NCBI GenBank assembly: GCA_013265495.1
Contig: MU058384.1
Location: 2,047,690 to 2,111,689, forward strand
Direction of reading: 5' to 3'
Source of the DNA: Vicugna vicugna
Lineage: Eukaryota
Length of the DNA stretch: 64,000 bases
Shown here: positions 25,832 to 39,800 of the stretch, piece by piece
Position numbering within the stretch: position 1 is the stretch's first letter
Layout of the letters: each line of letters begins with the position of its first letter
Notes under the pieces: generated by a model
Told to the model about the DNA's origin: nothing
Seen by the model: the letters and a program-made list of their open reading frames with translations, nothing else
Database searches by the model: none
Translations under genes and position numbers: made by a program

Positions 25832-27294
25832 CTGACGCAGGACTGCGCCTGTGGGTGCTGTATGCTACCCATATGGCTTTGGAGTCAGACTTACAGGAGT
25901 AGGTCTTGTCAGAACATGCTCTTTAACAATACTCTTTTTGTACAAATACTTTCAAGTAATTTAAAAACTAAAATTAAGAGGAAACCTCCCATGTTCTATT
26001 TGGCTTGTCTTTGGGGTAGGGAAACTGAAATAAACTGACTTTCGTATTTTTTAACAGCACATGAAGACTTTAAGACTTTAAATATATTATTTAGGATACA
26101 AATTAGCATTAATTAACCTTTACGTGAAATATGTTTAGTCCAATTCAAATTATGTTCATGTTGTGCTCTGTTTTGTTAACATTCAAAAATAAATTTCTAT
26201 TGCCTTTTTTGTATAAAGAGAGAGCTTAAATAGCGTAAATATTTCGGATTCAGCTGCAAGTTGGAAACTATAGGAACTCCCGAAAGCGGAGTTCTTGTAG
26301 CACTGGGTATCTTGAAGGCAGTTTCCTTAAAAATCGGCCTAAGACATAAAATGTGGGACAGAAGAGGAATAGGGACTTAATTCCCTTATGGGAGCTTAGG
26401 ATTGTCTGAAATACAGCCCTCCCTTCCTTCCTATGTGGGAAACATTTGGGCAACTCATATGTAATGTTGAGTTATTTACTTAGCGCTGGGCTAGGTATTG
26501 CAGGGCATCAAAAGAGGAGTAAGAAGCTGTTAAGGACCTTGTAAACAACAGGAATACACATGTGTAACAAAAAGCAGAATGTGAATGCCATAGGAGACGT
26601 ACAAAGGAGGTACGATCGGGAAAGGCTTCCTGGCTTCATTCAGGTGGACCTTAAATTAGTATGGAAGGCTGAACAGGACATCTAGGCAGAGAAAAAACAC
26701 AACCAGAGGTGGAAAGTTTAGGAAGGAGCCTTTTTGAGGACTAGCAGATAGTCAGGTTTTGCTGAAGCTAGGGTGTGTTTTGGGGATGATGGAACGTAGA
26801 GTTAGAAGGAGACCACATTAGGAGATTCTGAAGAAGAGGCAGTTTCATATTTCAGTAGGCAGTGGAGACTCACTGATAGTTTCTGACTTTGAGTGAGGAA
26901 GAGAGAGATGCCGGGGAAGGAGACTTGAGCAATGGTCCAGAATGGATCCTGGGCAGCAGCACCCAAACCAGGGTGACAACAGTGGAATAGAAAAGGAGGG
27001 GCTGTGTTATTGATGGGCTGCTTGGTAGCCACAATGTGAGGTTCTTTGTGGGACAGTATTTAATTGAAGCTCGATTATTAAGGCTGGGTGGAGAGCTTTA
27101 AACTAATTGTGAAGGTAATAAGGAGTTGTAGATTTAAAGGAAATGACTCATAAAAGCAGTGCTTTAGATCACTGCATCTGGAAGTAGAGGGAAGAAGCTG
27201 GAGACTAATTTGGAGACTGATTCTATAGTGTGTAGAGGAAGTGGTGAGGAACTAGGCCATGGAACTCAAATGTGGATGTGGGCGATACAAGGGG

Positions 27295-27490
27295 AAGGGT
27301 CATTTTGCCCCCCCCAGGAGGCGTTTGGAGACATTTTCGGTTGTCATAATTGGGGGGAGGGAGCAGTTCCACTGGCACCTAGCGAGTGGAGTTGAGAGAT
27401 GCTTCTAAAGAGCCTACAGTGCACGGGACAGCCCCTGCCACAAAGATTTGTCTGGCCCCAAGTGCCGAGATTAAGAAAATCTGATCTGCA
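27295..27490 (+). mobile_element. MER20 hAT MITE inside an L2 relic
   Basis: attttgcccccccagg..ggagacattttcggttgtcataattggggg..actggcacctag..gatgct..cctacagtgcacgggacagcccc matches the MER20 consensus. Confidence 0.8.
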
Positions 27491-30400
27491 CTCTGGGGGT
27501 GGCTGTGGGACAGAAAATGAGGCTGAAGATACAGTAGAGGTTATAAAGGTAGGCCTGGTGGGCCTGAGTTACCTAGTGATTTCTTTTTTTTTTTTTAATC
27601 TGGTGATATTTAGATGAGAGAAGAATAGGGCAAGGGTTATTCTCTGTGGACACCACTCACATTAGAGAGGGGGCAGGAAGAGGACCTGAGTTTTAAAGAG
27701 ATAATGATGAGTTTGATTTCTGGCATTTTGAGCTGACAATGCAAATCTCCAGGAGATAGTTGGAAACGTGTGACTTGTCTGCCCTGAGTGCTGGTTCTTA
27801 TAGTGAAATTCAGGTGTTTGGGGTCTCTTCTCTGCATTTCTCACCTAAGTATCTTGGGAGTAGCGGACAGGCAGCTTCTTACACTGTAGGCATGCATCTA
27901 CACATCAGGGCTTTGATTGATGTAGTTTTCAGCGTTTGTTAATAAAAGTCATGAGAAGGCTGAGTCATCTGGGGAAATGAGCATAGAGAACAAAGAACAG
28001 AGGGCCAGAGCTGAAGGAGGAAGGCTCTGGCATTTATTGAGTGCCTATTATGCTCTTTGACTGGACAGATCATTTTCATGCAAGAACTCATTTAATCCTT
28101 GCAGCAACCCTGTGAAGTGAGTATTATTCTTCTTTAACTAGGAACTTGATGGGCAGAGAAGTTAAATGACTAGTTGGTGAAAAGAGTACCTCTCCTTTAC
28201 TGTTCTTCCCTGCCACCTCTCAGCTCTGTCTTACTTTCACTTGTCATGTGATTGGTTTGCCCATAGTTCTTAGGAAGAGCGGAGTTTTTAAATTACTTGA
28301 TTTTGAGTTGTACATGGATTTCTTCCTTTGCAAAGTAAATCATTTGATGTATGATCATGTCTGGAAACAGCCACTTAAGAGAAATAAGAAGATTCCTGTA
28401 GTTGGTATCCTGGACTTTACATTACTGCAACTGTCAAATATCTTAAGGTATGTTCATAACATTGGTTTTGGAATAGCAGAGTAAAACCTGTTCTGAGTTT
28501 AAGGGTTTGTTTTTGGGAGACAGTGTGTTAATAGACAAAGCGAATGAGCTAAAGCTTTATAGAATTAGGTTCCACACCGGAGAGGAACAGGACTGGGGGA
28601 GCAAAATCAGGCTCATAGGATTTAATCATGATGAATTGTGCTGTTTGCTGGGGAAGAAAATATTCAGCGGCTTAAAAATAAATCTTTTCCAGAATTATTT
28701 TATCTCCTAAACATTAGGGAAGGTATGCTATTTACTACACTAATCAGTATGCTTTTCTAGCTTTTACTTAAAGTCTCTACCTTGGGAGATGTTTCAGAAC
28801 TTCATTTTGAATGCATAATGACTTGATAATAGGTTCTGGTACTAACTGTTCTTTTATCGAGGATTATAAGCAATGTACCCTGTTAATGAGGCTGAGAAAA
28901 TCTTTTAATTCATTTGTGTTGAGCAATTGCTTGGTAGAATACTTGAATAACACATTAATTTATTGAGTGAAAAATGATAACAATGAAATATAAACCATTT
29001 TGTCTTTCTCTTGAAATTTGCTCAATTATGTGATCTACTTATTAGTGATAGGATTAAAATAGGGAAGCAGAGCCTCATTTAATCACTGAAAGTTACAAAC
29101 AATATGTCATAAGTTAATTGAAAGTTACGAACTTAAAATAAATGTCAGATCTGTTATTCTAGAGTAGTGATTTTTTTCATTTGTAATCATGAAAATAATT
29201 ATAACAAACTATAAAAATAATCTTGCCTTAAACAGACACTTTATACAGCTGAAAAACATACTGTTTGTGAAAGAAGTCACACTTAATGGCTTTGTGCAGT
29301 GTCATATTTACTTAAAATTTTTTTCTTTCCTATGTCATACCGTACTTTTAGTCTTTTTGTTTTTCTTTTTTTTTAGCCAGTAACCGAGAGTTAGAGTCTT
29401 AGTATCTTGAGAATTCATGCTAAGCATTTTGAAAGAGCTGTAAAAGTGTGTGAGAAGTTGACGTAAGAAGCACTAAACACGGGAGGCAAGTTCCAGCCCT
29501 TACCTTGAACAGATCAGTCAACGCCCGGAGTTTAGTTCTCACCATGGAAATGACTGGATTGGATTTTTCAAAGGAGAGGTTACAGTGTAAGGATGGCCAC
29601 TCCGTCCAGCCACTCCCTTAAGAAAGTAGTCAGACAGACTTGAAATAAGTTGATACACTGTTTTGAACCTGGAATTGATTTCTTTTGCTTCTTTTGGGAG
29701 ATTCGAAGAGAAGAATCTTGCCTAGAATGCTGAAATGACTATATATATACAATAGGGAACTGATGAAAGGATTGTAAGGTTCATGGTGCTTAGTTCTTCA
29801 AGGTGTCTGCCCAGTGGGAATTTAAAATGGGTGATAAGACTTGGCATTTCTGTTGTTCTCCTCATGTATGTTTCATTTTCTGTGGCTTTTCCTGTGATAG
29901 ATGCATCTTGATTTGTCTTTTCCTTCTGTCTCTGTGTAAGGAATTTATGTCTGATGGGTTGCATATATAGACATGACATAAAAATCAGGATGTAATAATA
30001 ACTTTGGCTCAGAAACCTTTTTATAAGTTCATACCAAATTTTGTTGCTATTTAATAAATTATAAGACTTAAAAGACTGAAAAAAAAACCCACGTCTCTAC
30101 ATTTTGTTTTAAGAGCTGACTCTGTTGCATTTGAGTCTGTCTTACTAATTGATGAAGCCAGAATTTATTAGATTGTATATTTACCTCTAACCTATTTTTT
30201 AGTTGTGGTTTCCTTTGAGACTCTGGTGCACATACTAGACATCTGCTTAGAAAACATGGTTACACAAAAGTTTGCATGTAATTTGAGGTTGCCAGCCTCT
30301 CCCAACCTAGTGAAGCTCATCCCGTGGACCTCTACATTAAGACTGTTTTGAAGAAGAGCAGCCAGACCTGTGAAACACTGAACATACGTCTTTCTTAAAC

Positions 30401-30539
30401 CAGTTATGTATATTTTCAGTAAATACTTCTTCGGGGTGTATATATAGTGTTGAAAAACCAGAAATCTTCCCAGTCTTCATGGATTATAACTTGTAGTAAT
30501 GTTAAAAAGGGAAAGAACAGTGTATAGTTAATAGAGAAC

Positions 30540-32090
30540 CATGAGAGACTGTGGGGACCTACTTAGGTGTAAGGGCAGGCTGCTGAGGAGACAGGGGCGG
30601 GGATGGGGAGCGAGAATGAGACGTTTCACATAGAGGGAATGAGCAAGTGAAGGGGCTGAACGGCATGTGAAGAGCTCAGTGTGTTTGAGGAAATGAAAAG
30701 CTGGAGCGTTCTGGACAAGAGGGAAGAAAGGCAGGGGCCACGTACTGCAGGGCCTTGTACACAGGGATTAGGAGTTTGGATTTTAAAATGCTGAAAACTT
30801 TTATTCAGGGGAGTGGTACCATTTGAATTATATTTGTCAGAGGCTATCCTGCTGTGTAAAGAACAGAATACTGAGGCAAGCAGAAACAGACTGGCCAGTG
30901 GATATGCAGGAATTCAAGTGGGAGGTGATGGGGGCTTAGACTAGTGAGGTGGCAGTAGGATGGAGGGGAGTGGACATACCCAAGATGGTGAGTAGGTGGG
31001 AGAAATGGGAGGACGTGATAATGGATTGGATGTGAAATATAAGGGTGGAGAACTCAGGAATGTTGCTGGAAGTGACTGGAAGAGGGATGGGTTTTTGAGG
31101 GGGGTTTTGTTTTATTTTGGTAGAAGGGTAGTGGTGAGTTCAGGAGATTTCTTTTGTCAATCTTAAATTCTCAGAAGCCTGTGGGATTAAGTAGGCCTCT
31201 ATCAGAGAGGATCAACACATACTGAGAACTCAAGAGATATTTGGCTTGTAGATGTCAGTTTGAAGATTGTCAGTGTATTAGTGATATTCAAAGCCATGGA
31301 AAAAAGGTGAAATCACTGAAGAGGAAAATATAGAAAGGAAAGAAGGATTGGTTAGGGGTAGAACTCTGATATGCTCGCTTCAGCAGCACCTGTACTAAAA
31401 CTGGGACGACACAGAGAAGGTCACTGTGGCCCCTGTGCAAGGATGACATGCAGATTTGTGAAGCTTTCCATATTTTTTCATGTACATGAATTTTAAAATT
31501 ATAAATACAAGCTTTTAAGAAAAGGATCGTTAACTATCAAGTTTGGCTGAGAGGTTGAAAAAATGTGGGCAGAAATATGGCCATTGGATTTGGTAGCCTA
31601 AAGGACATCAGTGACTATAATGAGCCAATTTCATGGACTGGTAGAAATGGAAGCCAGATTTGAGTGACTTGAGGGATACGTGATGGCCCAGGAACTAGCC
31701 ACTGAGTGTATAGATAGCTTTTTAAAGAAGTTAAAGGAAACAGACACAGGGCCGAAGTAGAGGCATGAGGATGTAAGCGAAGTCTTTTTTGTTGTTGTTT
31801 TTTGAGTGTAAGGAATACTGCAGCATGATTTTAGTTGTTAGGATTAATAAAGGAAGGAAGGAAGATGAAGAGAGAACTCCTTGAGAAAGCAAGAATGATC
31901 TAGACTCCTGACTACACTGGTTAACAGTTCTTTGATAGGAAATGGGTTACCTCCACAAGCTTAAAAGGAGGGAAGAAGGAAGAAGCTGGATGTAGAGGCC
32001 TGTGGGTGTAGAGATTTGGTGGAGGGAAATTAGGATGCTCTAGCCTAGTGGCTTCTTCTTTTCCACAAAGGGAGGCAAGATTAACAATTT
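30540..32090 (-). mobile_element. L2 LINE relic, interrupted by a U6 copy and followed by an L1 insertion
   Basis: Purine-rich antisense L2 motifs: gcagggccttgta..ggagtttggatttta, gtggcagtaggatggagggg, aaagccatgg, tggccattggatttgg, ggaagccagatt. Boundaries approximate. Confidence 0.7.
31371..31478 (+). pseudogene. U6 snRNA pseudogene (full-length copy)
   Basis: atgctcgcttcagcagcac...acagagaag...ggcccctgtgcaaggatgacatgcagatttgtgaagctttccatatttttt aligns end to end with U6, with ~17 substitutions by my count. The AGC triad reads ACT and there is no upstream TATA box. Confidence 0.95.
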
Positions 32091-32091
32091 A

Positions 32092-33763
32092 ATAGTGAGG
32101 AACAATCTGAATATGAAAGAAGAAAATCTTTTCTACAGTAGCATCAAAAAGAATAAAATACTTAGGAAAAAACTTTAACAAAAAAGACACTGAGATGTCT
32201 ATATTACAAACATTATTGAGAGAAATTAAGTAAGAGTTAAACAAATGGGGAGTTAGTCTGTTCATAGATTGGAAGATTGAATGGTAAGATGGCACTTCTC
32301 CCCAAATTGATCTATAGAGTCAATAAAATTTGTATCGAAATTCCAGTAGACTTTTTGTAGAAATTTTCAAGCTGTTCCTAAAATTTGGAAGGAAAAGCAC
32401 AGGACCTAGAATAGCCAAAACAAAGTCCAGAAATTAACCTTTGTATTTATTATGATCACTTGGGTTTTGAAAAAGTGCCAGAACAATTCAATGGGGAAAA
32501 GAGAGTCTGTTCAATAAATGGTGCTGGGGCAACTGGATATCTGAATGTTTAAAAAAATGGATGTAGACATATTATTGTATGTATGTTACATGATACACAA
32601 AAATTATCTCAAAGTAAATCACACACTTTGTAAATTCGTAATTGTAAAACCTAAAACTATAAAAATTTTATATGATTACATAGAAAATCTTTGTGACCTT
32701 ATGTTATGCACAGTTCTTAGATATGACACCAATTATGCATGAATCATAAAAGAAAAAACTGATAAATTGAACTTCTTTAATGAAGTTTTAAAGCTTTTTA
32801 TACTTAGGAAGATACTGAAAAAAACATAAAAACAAGCCACAGCAGAAAATATTTGTGTATTACAAATTTGGTAAAGGTCTACAATCTAGAATATATATAA
32901 AGACATCTTACAACTCAATTTTAAAGAAAAAACCCAATTAAAAAATTGGCAAAAGACTTTAGTAGATAATTCACCAACGGAGATATTATGAATGGCCAGT
33001 AAGCATATGAAATGATGTTCAACATCATTTGTCATTAAGGAAATGCAAATTAAACTGCAGTGATATATTGCCACACCCCACTTAAATGACTATAAAAAGA
33101 CTGACATTATGTAGTGTTGGTGTTGTGGAGAAACTGGAATCCTTATACACTACTCTTGGAAATGTAAATGATACAGCCATTTTGGAAAAGTTTGGCTGTT
33201 ACTTAAAAAATTAAACATATGCATACCATAAAAATCAACATTTCTGCTCTTAGGAATCTACCTAACAGAAATGAAAATGTGTGCACACAAAGAATTACGA
33301 ATGTCCATTTAGCAGTAGTATTCACAATAGTCAAAAATTGGAAAGCAATCCAAATGTCCCTCAAATGGTGAATGGATAAAGAAAATACGGTATATACAAT
33401 GGAATACTAATGTGTAATAAAAAGAAACAAACTATTGAAAAACATTATAACAAAGATGAATGTCAAAAACATGAAGTGACAGAAGCCAAACACAAAAAGA
33501 GTACGTATTGTGTGGCTGCACTGATAAAAAAAAATGTCTAGAAAAGGCAAATCTATACAGAAAGAATGGTGGGTACCCAAGGCCAGGGCAGGACTGGAAA
33601 CACTCTGGAGGAAAATTTAGGGGGTGATAGCAAAGTTCTAAAGGTGGAATGTGGTGGAGATGCACAACTCTGTACATTTTCTTAAAACTCAGTGAATTGT
33701 ACACTTACCATGGTTGAATTGTGTAATGTTATGTAATTATACCTCAAAGCTATAAATTAAAAC
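32092..33763 (+). mobile_element. Old LINE-1 (L1MC/MD-like), 5'-truncated
   Basis: Decayed ORF2 (agcatcaaaaagaataaaatacttagga; caattcaatggggaaaaga; ggaaatgcaaattaaa) and 3' UTR (gaattgtacactta..attatacctcaa). Candidate TSD core taacaattta at 32082-32091 and 33764-33773. Confidence 0.88.
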
Positions 33764-36539
33764 TAACAATTTAGGGGGTGAGGGGAATGGATGGAATGGT
33801 CATCTTGGAGAATGTGAATGTGGTAGAGAATAAAGGACCATTTGTTCTGTCTATATAATTTTAATTACAAAACCTCAGTGTAACTTAATCTGGCATTTGG
33901 TAGTGGATTTGTGTTTTGAATATCATATGAAAGGTGATATATTGGTAGATATTATGTATGGAGGAGATTGCCACATGATGATTCATTACAACCGGCTATA
34001 TTAGCATGAAGCACTAGTATTTAAATGATAATTCTGGCTTACGTTTATTCACTGCTTTCTGTGTGCTGGCTCCTCATGCCTTATACATATTAGCTTGTTT
34101 TATAAGTACATTATTTAATAAGATTTAGAAGGAGCTGAAAAAAATTGTGATTTAGAATAAATGAAAACCAATTTTCATCTCTTGACTTTGAGTGGTATGC
34201 TAACTTTATATACAGTGGACTCAGATATCTTAATTTTATGGAAAATTACAGAAATGTAATACCTCTACAATAATGGTTTTAAAATAATCATGCCCAGTAA
34301 GTAATGATTTTAATGAAATAGTAGTTTCAATCTACAGGACCCTTCTGGTTGCTTTCTTTTATTGAAATAATCACTGTCAGTATCATGACCCTTTTTGTAG
34401 GCTAAAAGCTTCTGTTACTTACAGGCACTGATTTGTTGTCTTCGTATCTCTAAATTGCTATATCCAACTCCAGTTTTGCAACAGTAGATAGACCTTGGGC
34501 CATGTCCACATTGTATTAATGTGCTCTTTTGGATGAAAAAGTAGTTGCTGAGAGTGGTGATGTAAGAGTGATTATTGCTTCTTGTCTGTGGATTATGTAA
34601 AATGCTGCACGATGAAATAGAAATATCTGTGTCCTTAGAAAAGAAATACTGTCTAGAAACTATTCAAGAGTATTACTTTTTTTTTGATGTCCCATTGTGA
34701 CTGAAAGGATCAGAGGTTTAAACTACAGAATGATTGATACTGTATGTCATTAATAGTTGATTTAGAAGAATTTGTATTTTTTAATGCACCCAATTATATT
34801 TCATAGAGAAGTATTTGTTTATAACACCTTTGTAATTTTCTGCATCAGCAAGTATTGTGTATGGTCAAAATTGCATAGATGCAGGAATGTGACAGTTCTA
34901 GATTTGAATCTCCACCTCAGTGCTTACTAATTAGTTTCTTGCTCTGAACAAGTAACTTAACCTCTCTTGAAGATTCCCATTTCCTCCTCTGTAGACTGAG
35001 GATGATACCAAATCCAAAGATTTCGGAAGACTGTGGTGAGGTAGCATGTAACATCTGCCGCAGTGCCTGGCTCTTACAGGGTGATCAGATAAGTTTCGTT
35101 CACTCAGCCTCTGCTCTACATGAGAAAACTCGTACTTTATAGGATCTTGGCTTTAATAGTAGTAAAAATCTCTCCATTGTTCTTCAAACTTAGCTTTATA
35201 TCTTTGTTGTTTTTGTTACATTGAACTTAATACACTGCCCCCAATCCTTTGATCCTATCAATAATGCCTTGCGTTCTCCCTTTTACTGTGTAATTAGAGG
35301 ATTTGTCCTCCTGAAGTGAAGTTTACCACCGAAAGACTAAAATAAAGGATGATTCTGAGGTTTTGAGCTTACATGGCTTGCAGAATGGTGATAACCATTA
35401 ACAGAAATAAAGAAGTGAGGAAGAGGGGGGCTGGTTTTGTTGGAGGCAGTGTGCTGAATTTGAATGTGCTGAGTGAGATGTCATGTTCAGTCCATCTGGG
35501 CAGCAAGGTTCATTGGGCTTGAGAGTAGTGGCTGGGTGGCTTTAGAAGCTTGTGCAGCCTTGATAGTGGTTCCTAAATGAGGCCATTCACTGGAAATGAG
35601 GAATGTAAACTTACTACATTTGCAGTGTCCTTTCAGAGTAGATGGTAAATTGCACTTTAGAGATTTAGGTATTCTCACTTATGACCTCAAAATTTTTCTG
35701 AAACTATCTTGAGATTGTTAGGAAGGCAAGGTGGGTGAGAAAGTGTAATGTTGCCTTACCTGAACTTAGTCCAGCCTCCACAGAGTTGTACCTTGGATAT
35801 TAAACCCAAAAGGCTTTTGCACGTTTAAAGTACAAGGTTTTAGATGTTTGCAGGCAACCTCCAAAGGAAAGTAATTGTGTTTAGCTGAGCAATGAGCCTC
35901 AGAGCTAGAAGAGTTCTAGCCTACCCTTTGTCATCAACATCGCGCTGCAGCTTTGTGCTTCTCATTTAACACAAGATCTCTTTTAATCTTTATAATATAA
36001 GCCTGCCAAATACTGTTATCCCCATTTCATTAATAAGAAATTAGATGCTCTTATGATACTCAAGAATTGATAGATTTTTGAAGATGTGTGGATAAATTCC
36101 TAGAAGGTGGGTTATCTTGTAGCATTGTACCATTTCTTTAGCAATGGTTCTGTTGAATTCTGCTTTCCATGTATTCATATTTTTTTCTATATAATATAGT
36201 ATCCATTGATTACATTATTCGTGAATTCAACAAATACTATTAAACACCTGTTTTGTATCAGGGTTTGCACTAGGGGCACAGGGTATGCAGAGGTGAATGA
36301 AAGAGGCACATGGTTCCTGCCCTTCTAGAAAACTCAATCTTTCTCCTAAGCTCTAAAAATCTAGCAGGGGTCACTGTTCCTGTCTGGTTCATGACTGTAT
36401 CTCTGGCACATTGTTGGTAGTTAATATTTGCTGAGTGTTGAATTAGTGAACCTGGGTTTCCCCTTTTTTCCCCCCAAAAGTATATTTACTTATCACTAAC
36501 TTGAACACATATTGCACCCAATTCAAATCATAATAGTAA

Positions 36540-36860
36540 TAATAAATGCTGGTATGGTGCCCACTATATGCCAAGTGCTGTTCGCACCCCTTTACAAATA
36601 TTAATTCATTTAACTCTCATTGTTGTGAAGTGGGTACAGTTCATTATCCCTGCTTTTTTTTTTTTAAATGGAAATACTGGGGATTGAACCCAGGACCTGT
36701 GCATGCTAAGCATATGCTTTACCACTGAGCTATTACCTTTCTCCCATCCCTGCTTTTAAAATGAAGATAAAGAAAAGACAAGTAACTTCTCCAAGATCAC
36801 ACAGCTAGTAAGTGGTAGAGCTGGGATTTAAGTAGTCCTTTTTTTTAAACCACTATGCTT
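36540..36860 (-). mobile_element. MIR relic hosting a young SINE
   Basis: ccactatatgccaagtgctgt..attaattcatttaactctca..ttatccc[SINE]..aagtaacttctccaagatcacacagctagtaagtggtagagctgggattt. Confidence 0.8.
36658..36745 (-). mobile_element. Short tRNA-derived SINE (camelid-type) with 12-bp TSD
   Basis: The minus strand reads gggagaaaggtaaTAGCTCAGTGGtaaagcatatgcttagcatgcacaggtcctgGGTTCAATCCCcagtatttccatttaaaaa (A box, B box, poly-A). TSD atccctgctttt at 36646-36657 and 36746-36757. Confidence 0.88.
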
Positions 36861-39800
36861 CCTAAATGTTATATGATTAAATACTTATAATCCCACTTCC
36901 ATGCTCATATCTTACTCTCTAACATCTCTCTTAAATATTCTAAATTCCCAAATTTCTTCTTTAAAGTTACCTGACATTTACAAATCACACTGAGGGCCCC
37001 ACACCGGCTTGTGTAGTCCCTGTACCACTGTGAATCTTGTTATAACAGTTGTAACAGTCCTGTTTACCCATGTCTTTCAGCATCATAGTCTTGGAACCGT
37101 TTATAAATACAACTTGAAAATAGGTCCTTCTGCTACATTTACTTAGATACCACTGATTATTTTCAGTAGTTTGCTAAGTAAATTAGTAACTTTATTAAAA
37201 TAAAAGGACAAAATTTTAAACTTTGTATATAAAACCCAAAGGCACGAGTAATGTTCTAAAAGGTGGTTGAACAGAATACTTTAATCTGCTAAAGCAAAGT
37301 CAGCATCTCCTCTAGAAAATCTAGGTAATATTAATTTGTTTGACTTTTCTGAGGATCTTCTCCAGAGGACTGAAACTTGGGAGAAAGCTCCTGACACCGC
37401 GGTTTGGATCTCCTTAGCATAGGAGTGGCAGTTTATGAATATGATCAGCCAGGTATGAATTTGTGGAATGAAAGGGAAGGAGAGCAAAAAGAAGCCTGAG
37501 GTGGCTGCTTACGGCATTATAGGGACATGAGCAGAGAAATAAGGAAAGAGCGTCATGGAGAGAGTCGTCTGTCATGTGCTACCAAACTCAAAATTGGGTT
37601 CCATGGAGGTATGAGCGAAGTCAGACTGCTTCCTGACAGCTTGGTGCAGTGCTGTTTCAGCAGTGTTTTCTGTTTAGACTTTTCACTAATTCATACTTGA
37701 TTTTTCTTTTAAATTCTCTATACTGTTACTAAGGTTTTATTTATTTTTTCCTTAGGATCCAGAGCAAATCCTTCTCTTGATGAGTTCTCTATATTGAGGT
37801 ATTTGCACACTGACTCCTTTTTTTTTTTTTAAGTTCTTTAGTTTCCTTCACAGTTTTTATCCCAGGTGTAATATTTACCTAAATAATCTGGATCATTAAG
37901 GAAAATCTTGATATTCACAAAAGATAATGTTGTATTGTTCTTCATGGAATTAGAAAGGTATTTAAAATAATGATTTGAAAAACTTTATAAAATACCAATT
38001 TTGTTTTTAGTTTGACATCCTACTTTTTGAATTTTCCCCTAATCTTCCCAACCAGATAACCCCCTTTCTGTAATAGTCCCACACTGTTTATACGTTTGTA
38101 CTTGTGTATAGCTTGTACTTTTTAGCCTCCTGTTTGTGTGTATGCGTCACCCTTGATCGGTGACAAGCAGTTTGAGGGCAAGTGTTAGCTTATCCTTGTT
38201 TGTTTTCCTCAGATCACTCTGCTTATGATAGGCACCCAGATCTTACTGGACTGGTTAATTGGTGTTTCAGGGCTTCACTCCTCATCAGTACATTGGTGAG
38301 TCCTAACATACCACTTAAAAAATTCCAAACAACAAGGAATGGGCCTTTTTGAACAACCTGGAACCTCTGAGACCTGACTGTATAGACCTTTCTATTAGAC
38401 TGTGAGTAAGTAGCTAATACTTTTGAAGTTATTTAAGTGACTTTAGTCAGATATAGTGAACATGCTTACTTATAACTTTTAGGTATTGTTCTTTTAATTT
38501 TTATTTTTAAAGGTATAGTTCACTTTAGTAGTAAACTCTGCCTTTCAGAGGTATAATTGCTAATTCTTGAACATGACAATAAACAAATAGTGGTAGGTAA
38601 GTAACCTAAATAAGGAAACAGGTCAAAAGCTTCTAACTTACATTAGTTGACTCTTTGGAGGAAAGAATAGCATTCTCATAAAATGCATGGTGATAGGGAG
38701 AGCATATCACATCTGAGTAGTCATCCCTACCCAGCCTTAAAAGTTCTCTCCCAGCTCACTCCCACATCTCATAGTCCTGTTCCTGATTATTCTTCTAACA
38801 TGGACTTTGTGTTCTAACCCAGCAAATCTGTTTTCTGTTTCTCACACAGTTACTTGTTCTTTGTTAGCTTTTTTCCCCATGATGTTACTTTCTTTATCTG
38901 CAGTACCCTCCCCCAGCTTCCATGCTTCCATCCTCCCTCTTTTTCAGAACAAGACTTAGCTTTTGTATGCTTTGGAAATCTAATGTGAACAATGTGACCT
39001 TCACTCTGAGACTCTCATTTGCCTCTTACTTGTCTTTTTGTATGTGTTTTGCCCTGTTACTGCTTTTTACTCATTTATGTCATTGCTTATCTGCCTTTCC
39101 AGTATATTTATATCCCAACAATATTGAAAGCAAACTGAATAAAATTCAGGTTTCTTTTCATTCATGACTTCATGATATCTAGAGCAGCAAAAGCACATGG
39201 TAGATGTTTAGAAAACAGAACCAGCTTTTTAGGGAAGCAAGTTGCTTAGCTGTGCTATTGCTGTATGTGCTTAAACGTGATTGGGTTGATGAATTAAGGC
39301 AGTTCTGGGCGCCTCACCCAAGGAAGTAAAAAGTGGGGGTGGTGAAGTTTGCAGCCTTGAATGTTTCAGTGCTAGTGTTATGGGTCCTCTCTCCCCACCC
39401 CAATCAACATTCTGGGCATGAGAGGAGAAGGAGGCGGCAGGAACAGGAACAAACAGCAGAGTTCTCTGAGTTCTGACTTTGCTGCTTTGTTGACTGACAT
39501 TGCCAGTGCCCCCTCCCTTCCTTTCAGAATCTTTTTCCCCTATTACTTTTTTTGTAGCAGAGTGTGAAAAGCTTTCAAAAGAAGCAAAACTAGGAATTTA
39601 TTGGCAACTACAATAAATTATGGTAGAATCTGGGTATCTTGAAACTATAGCATGTATTTTCTTTATAAGATGTAATAAAGCACAGCCTTCTGTCCAATTC
39701 CAGCGTACCTGGCTGAAAAGAGAAGACCACAGACCCATTTAGAGGTGAGGGTGCTGGGCACGCTCACCACACAGCGATGGCACGTCCTCTTGTGCAGCCG

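Noticed and set aside
31371..31478. Functional U6 gene
   Set aside because: About 16% diverged, AGC triad altered, no TATA/PSE evident, and embedded in an L2.
36670..36745. tRNA gene
   Set aside because: It has A/B boxes but a poly-A tail, a TSD and no proper acceptor stem, so it is a SINE.
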